Program-made: the position numbers and the translations under genes
Notes under the pieces: generated by a model
Told to the model about the DNA's origin: nothing
Seen by the model: only the letters and a program-made list of their open reading frames with translations
Database searches by the model: none
Assembly (NCBI RefSeq): GCF_902713615.1
Contig: NC_052163.1
Span: 17,308,248 to 17,372,247 of the forward strand
DNA length: 64,000 bases
Direction: 5' to 3'
Origin: Scyliorhinus canicula
Lineage: Eukaryota
Shown here: positions 11,885 to 22,690 of the stretch, in pieces
How the letters are laid out: every line of letters starts with the position of its first letter
Position numbering within the stretch: position 1 is the stretch's first letter

Positions 11885-14800
11885 GGGAAATTAAATTTCA
11901 ATTTAAAAATAATTATTAGGATTAAAATTGCTTATTCATATTTCAGCTGAACAAATAAACTAACTTTGCAGTGAGACCTGATGGAGGTTTGGTCGGAAAA
12001 TATTACTCTTCAAGATAATCTCTATTGCTTGTGAAGTCCAATTGTCTTTGAAATATTTCTGAAATTAGTCAAGTACCTATCTTATGGTTGTTTTTGCTTT
12101 TTTCTAGTTACTTGTATAAATCTGCAAAGTCTTCTCTGGATCCATTTTCATTTTTGGTGAAGAAAAGAAATTTAGAAAGTTTTTTCATACCATTCTAGTA
12201 CATTGACTTCTTGGGCCCCAATGCCTTGAACTTAAACATCTCATCCTGGTGTTGAAATCTGTATTAAGCCTTGCCCCTCCCTATCACTGTAACTTCCTGG
12301 AGCTCTACAACCATTTTATAGCCACCCAACATTCTTTGGTTTCATGCTTATTGTGCATCTGCCTACAGTGGTAGCTGTGCCTTAAGCCCAATTATTCAGA
12401 GACACACCTTAAATAAAGAATGCTACTGTCAACACTTTTCAAGTGTAGAGGCATAGGTCGTCAACTGCAATTGATGGCTAGAACCAACTAAACTTGTCCA
12501 GCTGCTTCTTCAGTATGCCTCCGTAAATCCTGCTCACGTTCCACCGGGGTGGAGTCCCAGCAATAACTTTAATTTCTCACTCAAGTTTTTCCAAGTGACG
12601 TTAAAGACACAGGTCTCATTCGAGGCTGCATTTGGAAACATTTAAAGTGTTGTCTTGCCTTGTTCGGACAAGAAAGATTCAAATTTTCATTGAACTGTAA
12701 TGTTCTCTGCCGGTTGGGGTCTGATGGAGAACTGAGCGAGGATGGAGAATGCCCAAGAACAAAAGGACAAAAATTGCAAAAGAACATGAGTATGGTGCTA
12801 TTATTTCAATATCAGAACTAGCAAACAAAAGTGCCACAGTGACTAACTTTGACTCCCACTATACAAAATGATCTTGACAATTTTTAAACATTCCCATTCA
12901 GATAAAATTTGCTATGCTTATTGCTATTTCATAATGCATTCTTTATAATCCTGTGATAGCACAACGAGATCCAAATGTACTTCAAAATGTTTCCATTATA
13001 CATGCAAATTGTAGGAAAATTCTGTTGAACAGCACGAGTAATTTACATCTTATTTGTTAGCCAGTAATTTAATGAAGACAGTGCCAAAATATGTTCAGCT
13101 AGTTCAATTTTAAAATATACTATTCGATTATTTCATGATTTAATCAAAATATTGTATAGTGGTGTTTCTCTGGCAATTACAAAGAGTTTAGACCTAGCAC
13201 ATTGCAAAAGGCTTGGCCTTTTTCAGCTGACATCAAGTTTCTATTCTTTTATGAGCAGAGCTTATCAGATTTTAGCTCTGTATCTAACTGTTTGCAGTTT
13301 AAGTAGAGAAGTGAAAATAACTTGGAGGATTAGAGACCCAGAAGAATTTAACCGATGGCTCAACATCCCATGTATTGAGGGTAAAATGATTTAATGATGA
13401 TTTCAATTAACAATTAAAGGAAATGCTCCATGAATTACTATATATAGTTATGCAAGGGCACAATAGTCATGCGTCATGACTCGGGTTGCACTATTAGTCT
13501 TGGCAACAGATACACTGATGTAGGAAAAACAGTATTCAAGAATAATAGCAAAGTGTTCATGAAATACTAAAGACAACCGTTTCTAAAAACTTTAAAAACT
13601 GCTTTAGAATCAGAGGCACATACAACTTAGACAAGCACTGCCTTGAGATCCAAACAGGCAAACTACAGATATGACCGTATGTGGCTGTTTGCCAGAGGGT
13701 ATTGGCTTACAGAAAAAAACGACTTTAGCAGACTAGATCTGTCTACAAATAAGACACAGATTTCTCTAACACCGCATTTATCCATAGCAACTAATAAAAG
13801 AGCTCATTATTCGGTACTCCAGCGGGATTTCAGCTTCAACAGCTGAATCTTGCTTTATATTTATGTTTGATTTTTTTCAAGTAAATGCTTTAGTTGTGAG
13901 CTCTACGCTTCCCCCTATGCCACAACTATGATCAGGAACTTACTTTGGGAGGTTCATATAAGTGAACTAATGGTTTACGTTCACTAGGCACTATAGTTTA
14001 TGTCATTTAGACTCAATATTTTTTATTTAAAATGCATATTAAGAATTGAAGTAGCACATTTACTAAAACATGCTTATTCAGAGAAAAATAGCTAAGGACT
14101 GGTTAAGTCCTTGGTTCAATTATGCAACAACCACTAATGGGAAATTGCAGCTAATTTAATCTCTAGGTGTTGTCAGGTTGTCACTGTTCTTACATTATGG
14201 ATTACAATATAGGAAATGAAAGACATTTTATGTAATCAATTGGGAGTTCATACTTGAAACAAAAAGCTTTTCATGGTGTCACAATCACTTGCATTATGTA
14301 TATATTACTGATCAACAACAAGCACCTTGGGGAAAAAGCATAATGAAACCTTAGCCTTAAAGTCATTGCGAGCATGTTACTGCATAATATTCCAACACAA
14401 GTTCCTCGCTATCTTCAGAGAGCTATCTGAACTTCCATGGGACGAATGTCTCCATTAAAATGGTGGAAAAGGCTAAGCATTCAAAAGGTAGTCTAGTTCA
14501 GTGTGTAGATTCTTAAACTAGAAGACATAATTTTTCAAAGCTATTATTTTCCCATTGAAATGTTGGAGATTTGGGATCATGGGATTTATTGTATTGGCAT
14601 TTGATTGCAGAGAAAAGCAAGCTTGTTAGTGCTTACATTTAGTTAAATTAAAAAGAACAACAGAGGTCCCATGGTATGGTTGGATGGTGAATAGTAAATA
14701 AGACTTTGCAAAATATCATTTTGTCAAACCTTTCAAATATACAAAGGGTTTCATCAACAATAAATTATTTTAAAGTGTCTGTTAGTAAATCAGAATTATC

Positions 14801-14974
14801 AAGGACCCACTAAACCTTGGCAGCAGCCATTCCTCATGCATGGAACACAGCAGATACATTTCCTGCAAATAGGTTTTTGCTGAATGTGTTCATTCCAATA
14901 TCACTCGATTGGTTTCAACCATTTGCAGATTTTGTAATATGTTCTGATCTTTCAGCTTGATCGGGATCTCATCC

Positions 14975-15326
14975 ATTACCAGAGCACACCAACAGCAGTT
15001 ATACCACTACAAGATGCACTGCAGTAACTCACCAGGGTTTCTTTAACAGCACCTTCCAAACTTCTACCACCGACAACAACAAGGGCATCAGATGCAAGCA
15101 AGCACAATTAGCTGCAAGTTTCCCTACAAGTCACAGACCTTCGTGACTTGGAAATGAGTTTCCCCCACTGTCATGGGGTGGCCTGGAATCCAAGAATTCT
15201 CTCCCTACCAGCACTATGGGCATTCCAACACCACTTGGATTACAGCAGTGGCTCACCACAACCTTCTAAAGGACAATAAATGCCGGCTTTGCCACAGAAT
15301 CTCACATTCCATGAACAAATAAAAAG
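14975..15326 (+). mobile_element. Old CR1/L2-group LINE 3' fragment
   Basis: ACAAGATGCACTGCAG...GCTCACCACAACCTTCT...CAATAAATGCCGGC...CACATTCCATGAACAAATAAAAA, a typical shark LINE 3' end. Confidence 0.65.
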
Positions 15327-15364
15327 GCTTCCATTATTCTCCAATTTCCACCATTCTGTTTATT

Positions 15365-15696
15365 CATAGAACATAGAACAGTACAGCACAGAACAGGCCC
15401 TTCGGCCCTCGATGTTGTGCCGAGCAATGATCACCCTACTTAAACCCACGTAACCCGTATACCCGTAACCCAACAATCCCCCCATTAACCTTACACTACG
15501 GGCAATTTAGCATGGCCAATCCACCTAACCCGCACATCTTTGGACTGTGGGAGGAAACCGGAGCACCCGGAGGAAACCCACGCACACACGGGGAGGACGT
15601 GCAGACTCCACACAGACAATGACCCAGCCGGGAATCGAACCTGGGACCCTGGAGCTGTGAAGCATTGATGCTAACCACCATGCTACCGTGAGGCCC
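15365..15696 (-). mobile_element. HE1/V-type SINE with CR1-like tail
   Basis: Complete head, V-domain and (TTCTATG)n tail. Confidence 0.9.
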
Positions 15697-15734
15697 ATTG
15701 GCAAATCAGACTATGTCTAACCTTTCTAATTTTC

Positions 15735-15959
15735 TATTTTTTTATTTAAAATTTTTTTTAGAGTACCCAATTATTTTTTTCCAATTAAGGAGCAATTTAG
15801 CATGGCCAATCCACCTACCCTGTACATCTTTGTGTTGTGGGGGTGAAGCCCACACAGACATGGGGCGAATGTGCAAACTCCACACGGAAGTGACCCAACG
15901 CCGGGATTCGAACCCAGGTCCTCAGCGCCATAGGCAGCAGTGCTAACCACTGTGCCACC
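15735..15959 (-). mobile_element. Short A-tailed V-type SINE with long TSD
   Basis: TSD (C)TAACCTTTCTAATTTTC at 15717-15734 and 15960-15977; tail ...AATTGGGTACTCTAAA(A-rich). Confidence 0.9.
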
Positions 15960-17937
15960 CTAACCTTTCTAATTTTCAGCAGCATTCACCGACTCTCATT
16001 TGCCCAGCTACTTGAGTGCAATTAAGTTATCTAAACATAATAAAAATGTTTGTCTCCACCCATTCTTCTCATTTGCCAATGGGTCTATTGTCAGTAAACA
16101 ATTTGCATCTCTCTCGCTGTCCCCAGTCTCCACAAGAAACAAAGCAACTCAGTAGTTTTGAACTGAAGTCTGACCCTGCACACATATATAAAATGAATGT
16201 TATTGGTTACATCATCGGCCTCAAACTTTACCAAACTGTGTCCCAAAATTAAGTTCTCAGCCTCTCCAATTCTCCTTCACATCTTACAACTGCCACTCTA
16301 CAATACTAGGACTAAAAATTTGTAGAGGGAAGAAATAGATTGAAAGTAGATGAGCAAATATATAAAACAGTAAGAGTTTTTCCAAGGGAGAGAGTACCGA
16401 AAGTAAACCCATAGAGGATCAGACTGATATACTTCACCTAGAGAATGAGTAATTAAACACATTCAAGCCTGAGATAGTCAGATTTGAAGCCAAGATCAGA
16501 TAAGCCATGAGCTTACTGAAAGACAGAGCAGGCTCAAGGAGCCATAGGTCCTACCCCTGCTCCTATTTCTTACGTTCTTTTGTATAATATGAAGTAGTAT
16601 GATTTTTTTCAGTCTCCCCATTTGGCTATCTCATTCCCCAACCCAAGTTCCTCTGCTTGGAAACTAATCAGTTAAACATTAATGGATTATAATCATATCA
16701 AAATATTGGTTCCACTCCCTCCTCCAAAATTAATGTGAATTACCTTTTGACCAATGTTGCCAGGAGATTTAATCACTATATGTAAACCACAGTTGAAGTA
16801 TGATGAAAACTTGGCAAGAAAATTGGCAAACAGATCCAATTCCTTACTTTGAAGTTACAGTTGGGTAAAGTTTGAGCAACTAACCTTGTTCCGGTAGGCC
16901 ACCAGCCAATTTCTCAGAAGCTTTCGTTTGATTTTCTCTTAAACTTTAGCTCAGATGCACAAGCTCCATTGTCACCAGCAAATCTTTGCAAACAGTACAT
17001 CCTACAAGATAATTCATTGGAGAAACACGACTTCAAGTGGTGTACAATAAATGGTAATAAAATTAACAAAGCAATTAACCTTGGTACAACTTGCCTCAGG
17101 TATCTCATATCAGTAACTTCCCAAAGTCTTATGGGAGACTAATGAATCAAGATGTTGGATTAGCATTTTATGTGGGAGAAACCAACATAGTTTTAAACTA
17201 TACACTCTCCCATAAATCAGAGAAATAATGTTCAAATTACTGTAAATAATTCCAACCATCAACAATATGTTGCTCGGATTAGTTACTCAATTAACTATTA
17301 AGTGACACTTAAGTATGCCCCATGGCTGGCTGAAGGGAGGTCAGAATGGTTGGCTATTAACTCTCATCATTTCATATTAGATGTACTCACATGCTTTCTT
17401 GAGAAAGATTAACATTTGAGCTTTCTCAGATGCATCACAGATTAAATTACAATCCTTTACAGCAATGCCATTAAAATGGGCCACAGTTTAATGAAAATGT
17501 TAACTTATGCAATGTCATGATGTGTTTCCCACTTTGCTCCGATGCCGAATTCAGGCTCAGGAGGGAAGTTCTACAAGTGGGTGCACATCTCTCCTGATTT
17601 GGGCAGGGGATGGGGGAAAAGAGAGGTGGAGATGAAAAAGAGTGATTGGGATTGATCGTGATTCATTTCAGGCAGTTAGTACGAACCACAATATGAAGGC
17701 AGCCAAGTAACTCAGTAGTTACTTGCTTACAAAAGCACACCAACATCTCACAGGCCACAAGAGGTTGGCAAGAAATTGAGTCTTGCCAGTGACACCCAAA
17801 GTCCAAAACAAAAAGTTAGCTCATTGATCAGGTAGCCAGCAGTCATTGGCACCACACATATTGCTACACTTAAACATCAAATCATACTTAAGTATACAGA
17901 AATGTACATAGTAAATGCAAACCTATGGGACCAATCA

Positions 17938-18118
17938 TGAAATGAAATGAAAATCGCTTATTGTCACGTGGGCTTCAAATGAAGTTACTGTGAAAAGCCC
18001 CAAGTCGCCACATTCCAGCACCTGTTCGGCGAGGCTGGTACGGGAATTGAACTGTGCTGCTGGCCTGCCTTGGTCTGCTTTAAAAGCCAGCTCTTTAGCC
18101 CTGTGCTAAACCAGCCCC
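17938..18118 (-). mobile_element. Short tRNA-head SINE with GTGACAATAAGCG tail
   Basis: GGGGCTGGTTTAGCACAGGG head, GTTCAATTCCC B-box, (ATTTC)n end. Confidence 0.87.
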
Positions 18119-18831
18119 TAACATTGTGACAGAATCACAATGAAAATCCTTGCCCAGGGTTCACTACTCACTCCTCCAGGAAATAGATCTTATTTTAGTC
18201 GTAACATAGCCCCCAATTTCCAACATAAAATTTTAATAACTGAATAATATTGTACTCTTCTCAAATACAAAAGGAAAGAGAAGGGCATGGTTGCATTAAA
18301 GACTGCAGGGTATATAGAATGGGGGAAAGTTTATTTCAAACAGTTAAGATCGGTGCAAAACTATGTCACAAATGATAACAGGTGCCATCGATTCGCAGTA
18401 CCTGGTGGGTGTAATCATGACTGATAATCAGATTCTCCTGTATTTACAGACCACCTCATCATATTCCTTTTAATATTAACCTGATCGGTCTGCTGCAGTG
18501 ACAGAGGAACAGGGCGAGACCACGGATGTATTTTTTTTACAGCTGAACTTCCTGAGAGAAGCAGTAGCCCTGCTCCCCATAGACACAGCGCCGATTCCGG
18601 GGGGGGGGGGGGGGGGGGGTGGCAGGAGGGGGTCCATTGCCCTGGCAACGCCGGCCGGGCTCCATGACATGGGATCCTCGCCTCTCGGAAACACCTATTA
18701 CCCAGGGAATCGAGCTGAAAACCCTTACCGAGCGAGTCGAGCCCAGTGTCGTCGTCGCCGCCGCTCCAGGTTTGACTCTCACATTACAAGCAGGGGTGGA
18801 GAGCTGCCACACCGCCCGCTCACTCACTCAC

Positions 18832-18900
18832 CTGTGGACTTCCGCTCAGAGACAGCTGCCCCGCCCCCCCTCATTCCCCAACAAGCCCTGCCAAAGGGGG
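18832..18900 (-). other. CANT1: Putative non-coding exon 1 of CANT1 (5' boundary approximate)
   Basis: Consensus donor CAG|GTGAGT on the minus strand (exon end 18832) at the edge of the CpG island, pointing toward the CANT1 acceptor at 2438. A second possible donor CG|GTAAGG lies at 18729/18728. Confidence 0.65.
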
Positions 18901-19131
18901 GAAACGAATAGCGCAGGCGCCACCACACCGCGACAAATACGCATGCGTCAACCGGATTAGTTCGGCTGGTGCGCATGCGTCCGCCGGACAGGCTGCGCAT
19001 GCGCGGTCCCGCCTGTCCAACCACTGCGCGTGCGCAGGCCCGGATCCGTTCCTCGGCGCTTGCGCAGTCCCGGTTCCGTTCCTCGGCGCAGGCGCATTAT
19101 GCTCCCTCATCGCTGAGGGCCACGTCTGTTT

Positions 19132-19171
19132 GGAGAGAGAGAGAGAGAGAGTGTTGCTGCTGCTGCTGCTG
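19132..19171 (+). repeat. (GA)n and (GCT)n microsatellites upstream of the COG1 ATG
   Basis: About 10 GA units at 19132-19151, then about 5 GCT units. Confidence 0.9.
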
Positions 19172-19340
19172 AAGGGATAGCAGCGGCTTCAGCCATTGTT
19201 TACCGGTTACTCCAGTCCCAATTCTCTGGTGGTTGCTTTATTTCCGTCGGGAGGCTGCGCTGTGCGAGGCCTGGCTTTGCGGATCACTTTCGGAGCTGAC
19301 GATCCCCTTCCTCTCCCATCCCTCGCCCGGCGCCGGAGAC

Positions 19341-19655
19341 ATGGCCGTGTCCGCCAGGAACCTGCGGATCAGCGACATCCAGGACCCCGGCTCCCTCTTC
19401 GAGCGCTACGGCACCGAGGAGATCCGGCAGGTGGAGCGGAGGGTCCGCGCGGAGATCGAGCAGAAGAAGGAGGAGCTGCGCCAGATGGTGGGCGAGAGGT
19501 ACCGCGACCTGATCGAGGCGGCCGACACCATCACCGACATGAGGCTGTGCTCCGAGAAGGTGGTCAGCTCGGTGCGGGACATGTACGAGTACTGCAGCCG
19601 AATCAGACCGTCCGCCGCCGGCAGAGCGGCTCCTCTCACCGCCAAGCGCAGTAAG
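19341..19655 (+). CDS. COG1: COG1 exon 1
   Basis: gacATGG start; MAVSARNLRISDIQDPGSLFERYGTEEIRQVERRVRAEIEQKKEELRQMVGERYRDLIEAADTI (Vps51/COG1-type N-terminus); in-frame donor AAG|gtgtgt; 315 nt. Confidence 0.95.
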
Positions 19656-20799
19656 GTGTGTGTGCCCGGCAGCCCGTGTCTTCACCGCAGGGAAACCCTC
19701 ACACAGGCCGAGTCCTCTGCCATTCCTTACTGCAGCTTATTATTCTACTGAGTACAGTCTGAGGGGCTACTTCCCCGGGCTGGAGAATCTGGAGTGGAGG
19801 CGGCCAAAAGCAAAATACTGCAGATGCTGGAAATCTGGAATATAAACACCAAAAATGGCTGGATTTGCTAATAGGGTCTGTCAGCATCTGGGAACAGTCA
19901 CTGCTTTGGTCCGTGCGACCGTCCATCAGGGTGCTGGGGGGGGGGGGGGGGGGGCACAGTCCCGGGAGAAGGGTCAATAGTTTTGGACTGAGATCAGCAA
20001 TTTCCTAAAATTGGGAGTTGTGAATCTTTGGAACTCCCAATTCCACAGAGCTGTGGCTTCTCAGTCGTTGAGCATTTTTAGATGCCAGGGGAGTTGAAGA
20101 ATGTAGGAATAGGGTGGAGGTGAGGCAAAATGATCATCCGTTATTTTTTTAAAGGATGCACCAGGCTCGAAGGGCTATATGGCTTATTCCAGCTCTCCAT
20201 TGCTTATCTTCTCTCCACCTTCATTCCACTGGTCTCTTCTGTGTGAATTCATTCAGGCGCAATTTTGACTGGTGTCTATAGCAGTATTAAGTTCATAATC
20301 ATATGCATCGGGTATTACATATTTTTTGTCTTTATCAATTTTCCGCTAACACATTTTCAATGTTTTATCATGACATTAGCAACACCTACCTCATCCAGAA
20401 TTTACAATTTGTATTAATACAGTACTTGCTATACCATAGTTAAGTTATATGTTAAACAGTTCATGATATTTAACTGATCAAAAGAACAGGTCGCAGGATT
20501 AGTTGTACAGTCAGGGGAAGTAACTTGATTATGGACAAAGAGATTACTTTTTGGGGATGCTTTTGAAAGAAGGACAAGGCATACTAATGCAAGTGGAGTT
20601 GAGGGAGAGAATTCTAGTTTATATCATAAAGAATGCTGAAATTGAGGTGGTGATCGACAACTGGGAATTAATGTGGTTTTGGCTGCAGGCAGCAGTGTTT
20701 TGGGCGAGTTTGAATTTATGTATAGTGATCCTCAGAGGATCGGCAAAGTTGATTGAGTGATGACCATTATAATGCGGATTTGAGGAGGTTGTGTTAGAG

Positions 20800-21155
20800 G
20801 AGGATTAGATAGGGAAGATTCAGAAAGAATGTTCCTAATGGTGGTGGGGTGGGAGGTTGGGGTCCAGAACTAGGGGTCATAATTTGAGGATAAGGAGTAA
20901 ACCTTTTAGGACTGATGTGAGGAGAAATTTCTTCACCCAAAGAGCAGTGAATCTGCGGAATTCCCTACCACAAAAAGTAGTTGAGGCCGAAATATTGTGT
21001 CATTTCTAAGAAGGAGTTAGATATAGCTCTTGGGGCTAAAGGGATATGGGGGGAAGGCGGGATCAGAGTATTGAACTTGATCAGCCATGATCATAATGAA
21101 TGATGGAGCAGGCGTGCAGGGCCGAATGGCCTCCTCCTGCTTCTATTTTCTATGT
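20800..21155 (+). mobile_element. CR1 LINE 3' fragment
   Basis: AGAACTAGGGGTCAT...GAGGAGAAATTTCTTCACCCA...GTGAATCTGCGGAATTC...GGGCCGAATGGCCTCCTCCTGCTTCTATTTTCTATG. Confidence 0.85.
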
Positions 21156-22445
21156 GTGGGCAGAGACAGATGATATTTAAAGTGGCAAACGGCATCTTGC
21201 TGACAGTGCGTGTAGTTGGATTTATAAAGCAACTTTTAATGTAGAAAAATCCAAGCGGTGTAATTATTTAAAAAATATTATACCAGATAAGGAGCGATTA
21301 TTAATTAATTATAATAAATTCATTATAATTATAAAAGTGGTGAACAAATGCTTTGGCCAAGATTTGTGAAGGGAATTCCAATGTGTTGCTTTGGTGGTTG
21401 AAGGCTTAGCCAGCAGGGTGTAGGAAGGGGAAAGATTTATAAGGAGCTGGTATCAAAACAAATCTTGAAAGGCTGTTGTAGGGCTGGACAATGTTAGATA
21501 TCAGGGGTGAGGACATGGAGAAATTTAATCATAAGGATAAGTATTTTAATTTTGTTTGAAATTCTGCAGGAAAGGGTATGGGCAGCATAGTTTTGGATGG
21601 GCTTATTTTAATGTCAAGGTTGAAAAATTATAAATTGACAGAAACTTTGGAACAGTTGAGCCTGGAAGTAACCGATGCATAGATGAAGATTTTGGAATTG
21701 GATGGAGTAAGCTTTGAGCAGAAGTGGCTGGCATTATGGAGGTGATGTGCATAGTCTTTATGGTAGAGATTATGGTAGTGGTTGGAAGCTCGCTGCTGGG
21801 GGGGGGGGGGGGTGTTGTTACTCAAAATTAAGAATGGCGGTGGATCAAATTGCAAAGGATAAGGACCTGGTAGACAACTGTCATTAGGGAATCGTCTTGC
21901 ACTGCTATAGTATATGGTTTGAAGTTTCATTAGGTCATCAATATTGCATAGATTGAGCTCAATAATAATCCCAAAGGGAAGAATGGATTTAGGAACAAAG
22001 ATGTATATTTTATGGGAAGAGCTGAGAAGGGTGGTATTGATTTTGAAGTATTTAATTGGAGAACATTCTGGGCTATCTATGACTTGATGTGGGAAAGGGC
22101 AGCAGATAATTAATAGTGGTGTTATCTGGAAACTGACTACGTCATCATCAATAGAGTTTAGAGGGGCAGCATATAGTTGAGGTTGGGGAGGGGAAGCCAG
22201 AGAAAACACCTTGGGCCATGGGAAGTAATCAGACTCCGATTTAAAGCAATTTCAAGAGATGTTTGACAGGTCAGAGTAAAGCCAAGCAAAAGTAAAAACA
22301 GCTTGTGGTACACAGCAGATCAGTCAGCTTCTGGGAAGGGAAAAGGCAGGCTGTTATGATGACCTCAGCAGATTTAATCTTTAAACTATGTTACTGAGAT
22401 ATGAGCAACAGTAATGTAAATGGGGACAATGATTTTGTATTTCAG

Positions 22446-22690
22446 GTTCAGCAACAATCCCAGGAGAAATTCTACAGCATGGCAGCACAGATAAAGCTCC
22501 TTCTGAATATGCCAGAGAAAATTTGGAGTGCCTTAGAGTCATCACAATATCTCCATGCTACTCAGATGTATCTGCTGTGCTGTCACATTCATAGTATCCT
22601 CCAGTTGGATTCCTCGGGTTCCTATTACAGTCCTGTCCTAGCTCGCTTTCCCATTCTTGTTCGACAAGTAGCAGCAGCAGGTCATTTCAG
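22446..22690 (+). CDS. COG1: COG1 exon 2
   Basis: ttcag| VQQQSQEKFYSMAAQIKLLLNMPEKIWS...QVAAAGHFR |gtaagt; phase 0-2. Confidence 0.95.

Larger units (their letters stand above)
18830..19340. promoter_or_regulatory. CpG-island bidirectional promoter CANT1/COG1 with seven NRF1-like sites and ETS-like cores
   Basis: CpG-dense. GCGCATGCGC-like motifs at 18911, 18939, 18971, 18994, 19025, 19056 and 19086; ACTTCCG at ~18838; no obvious TATA box. Confidence 0.8.
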
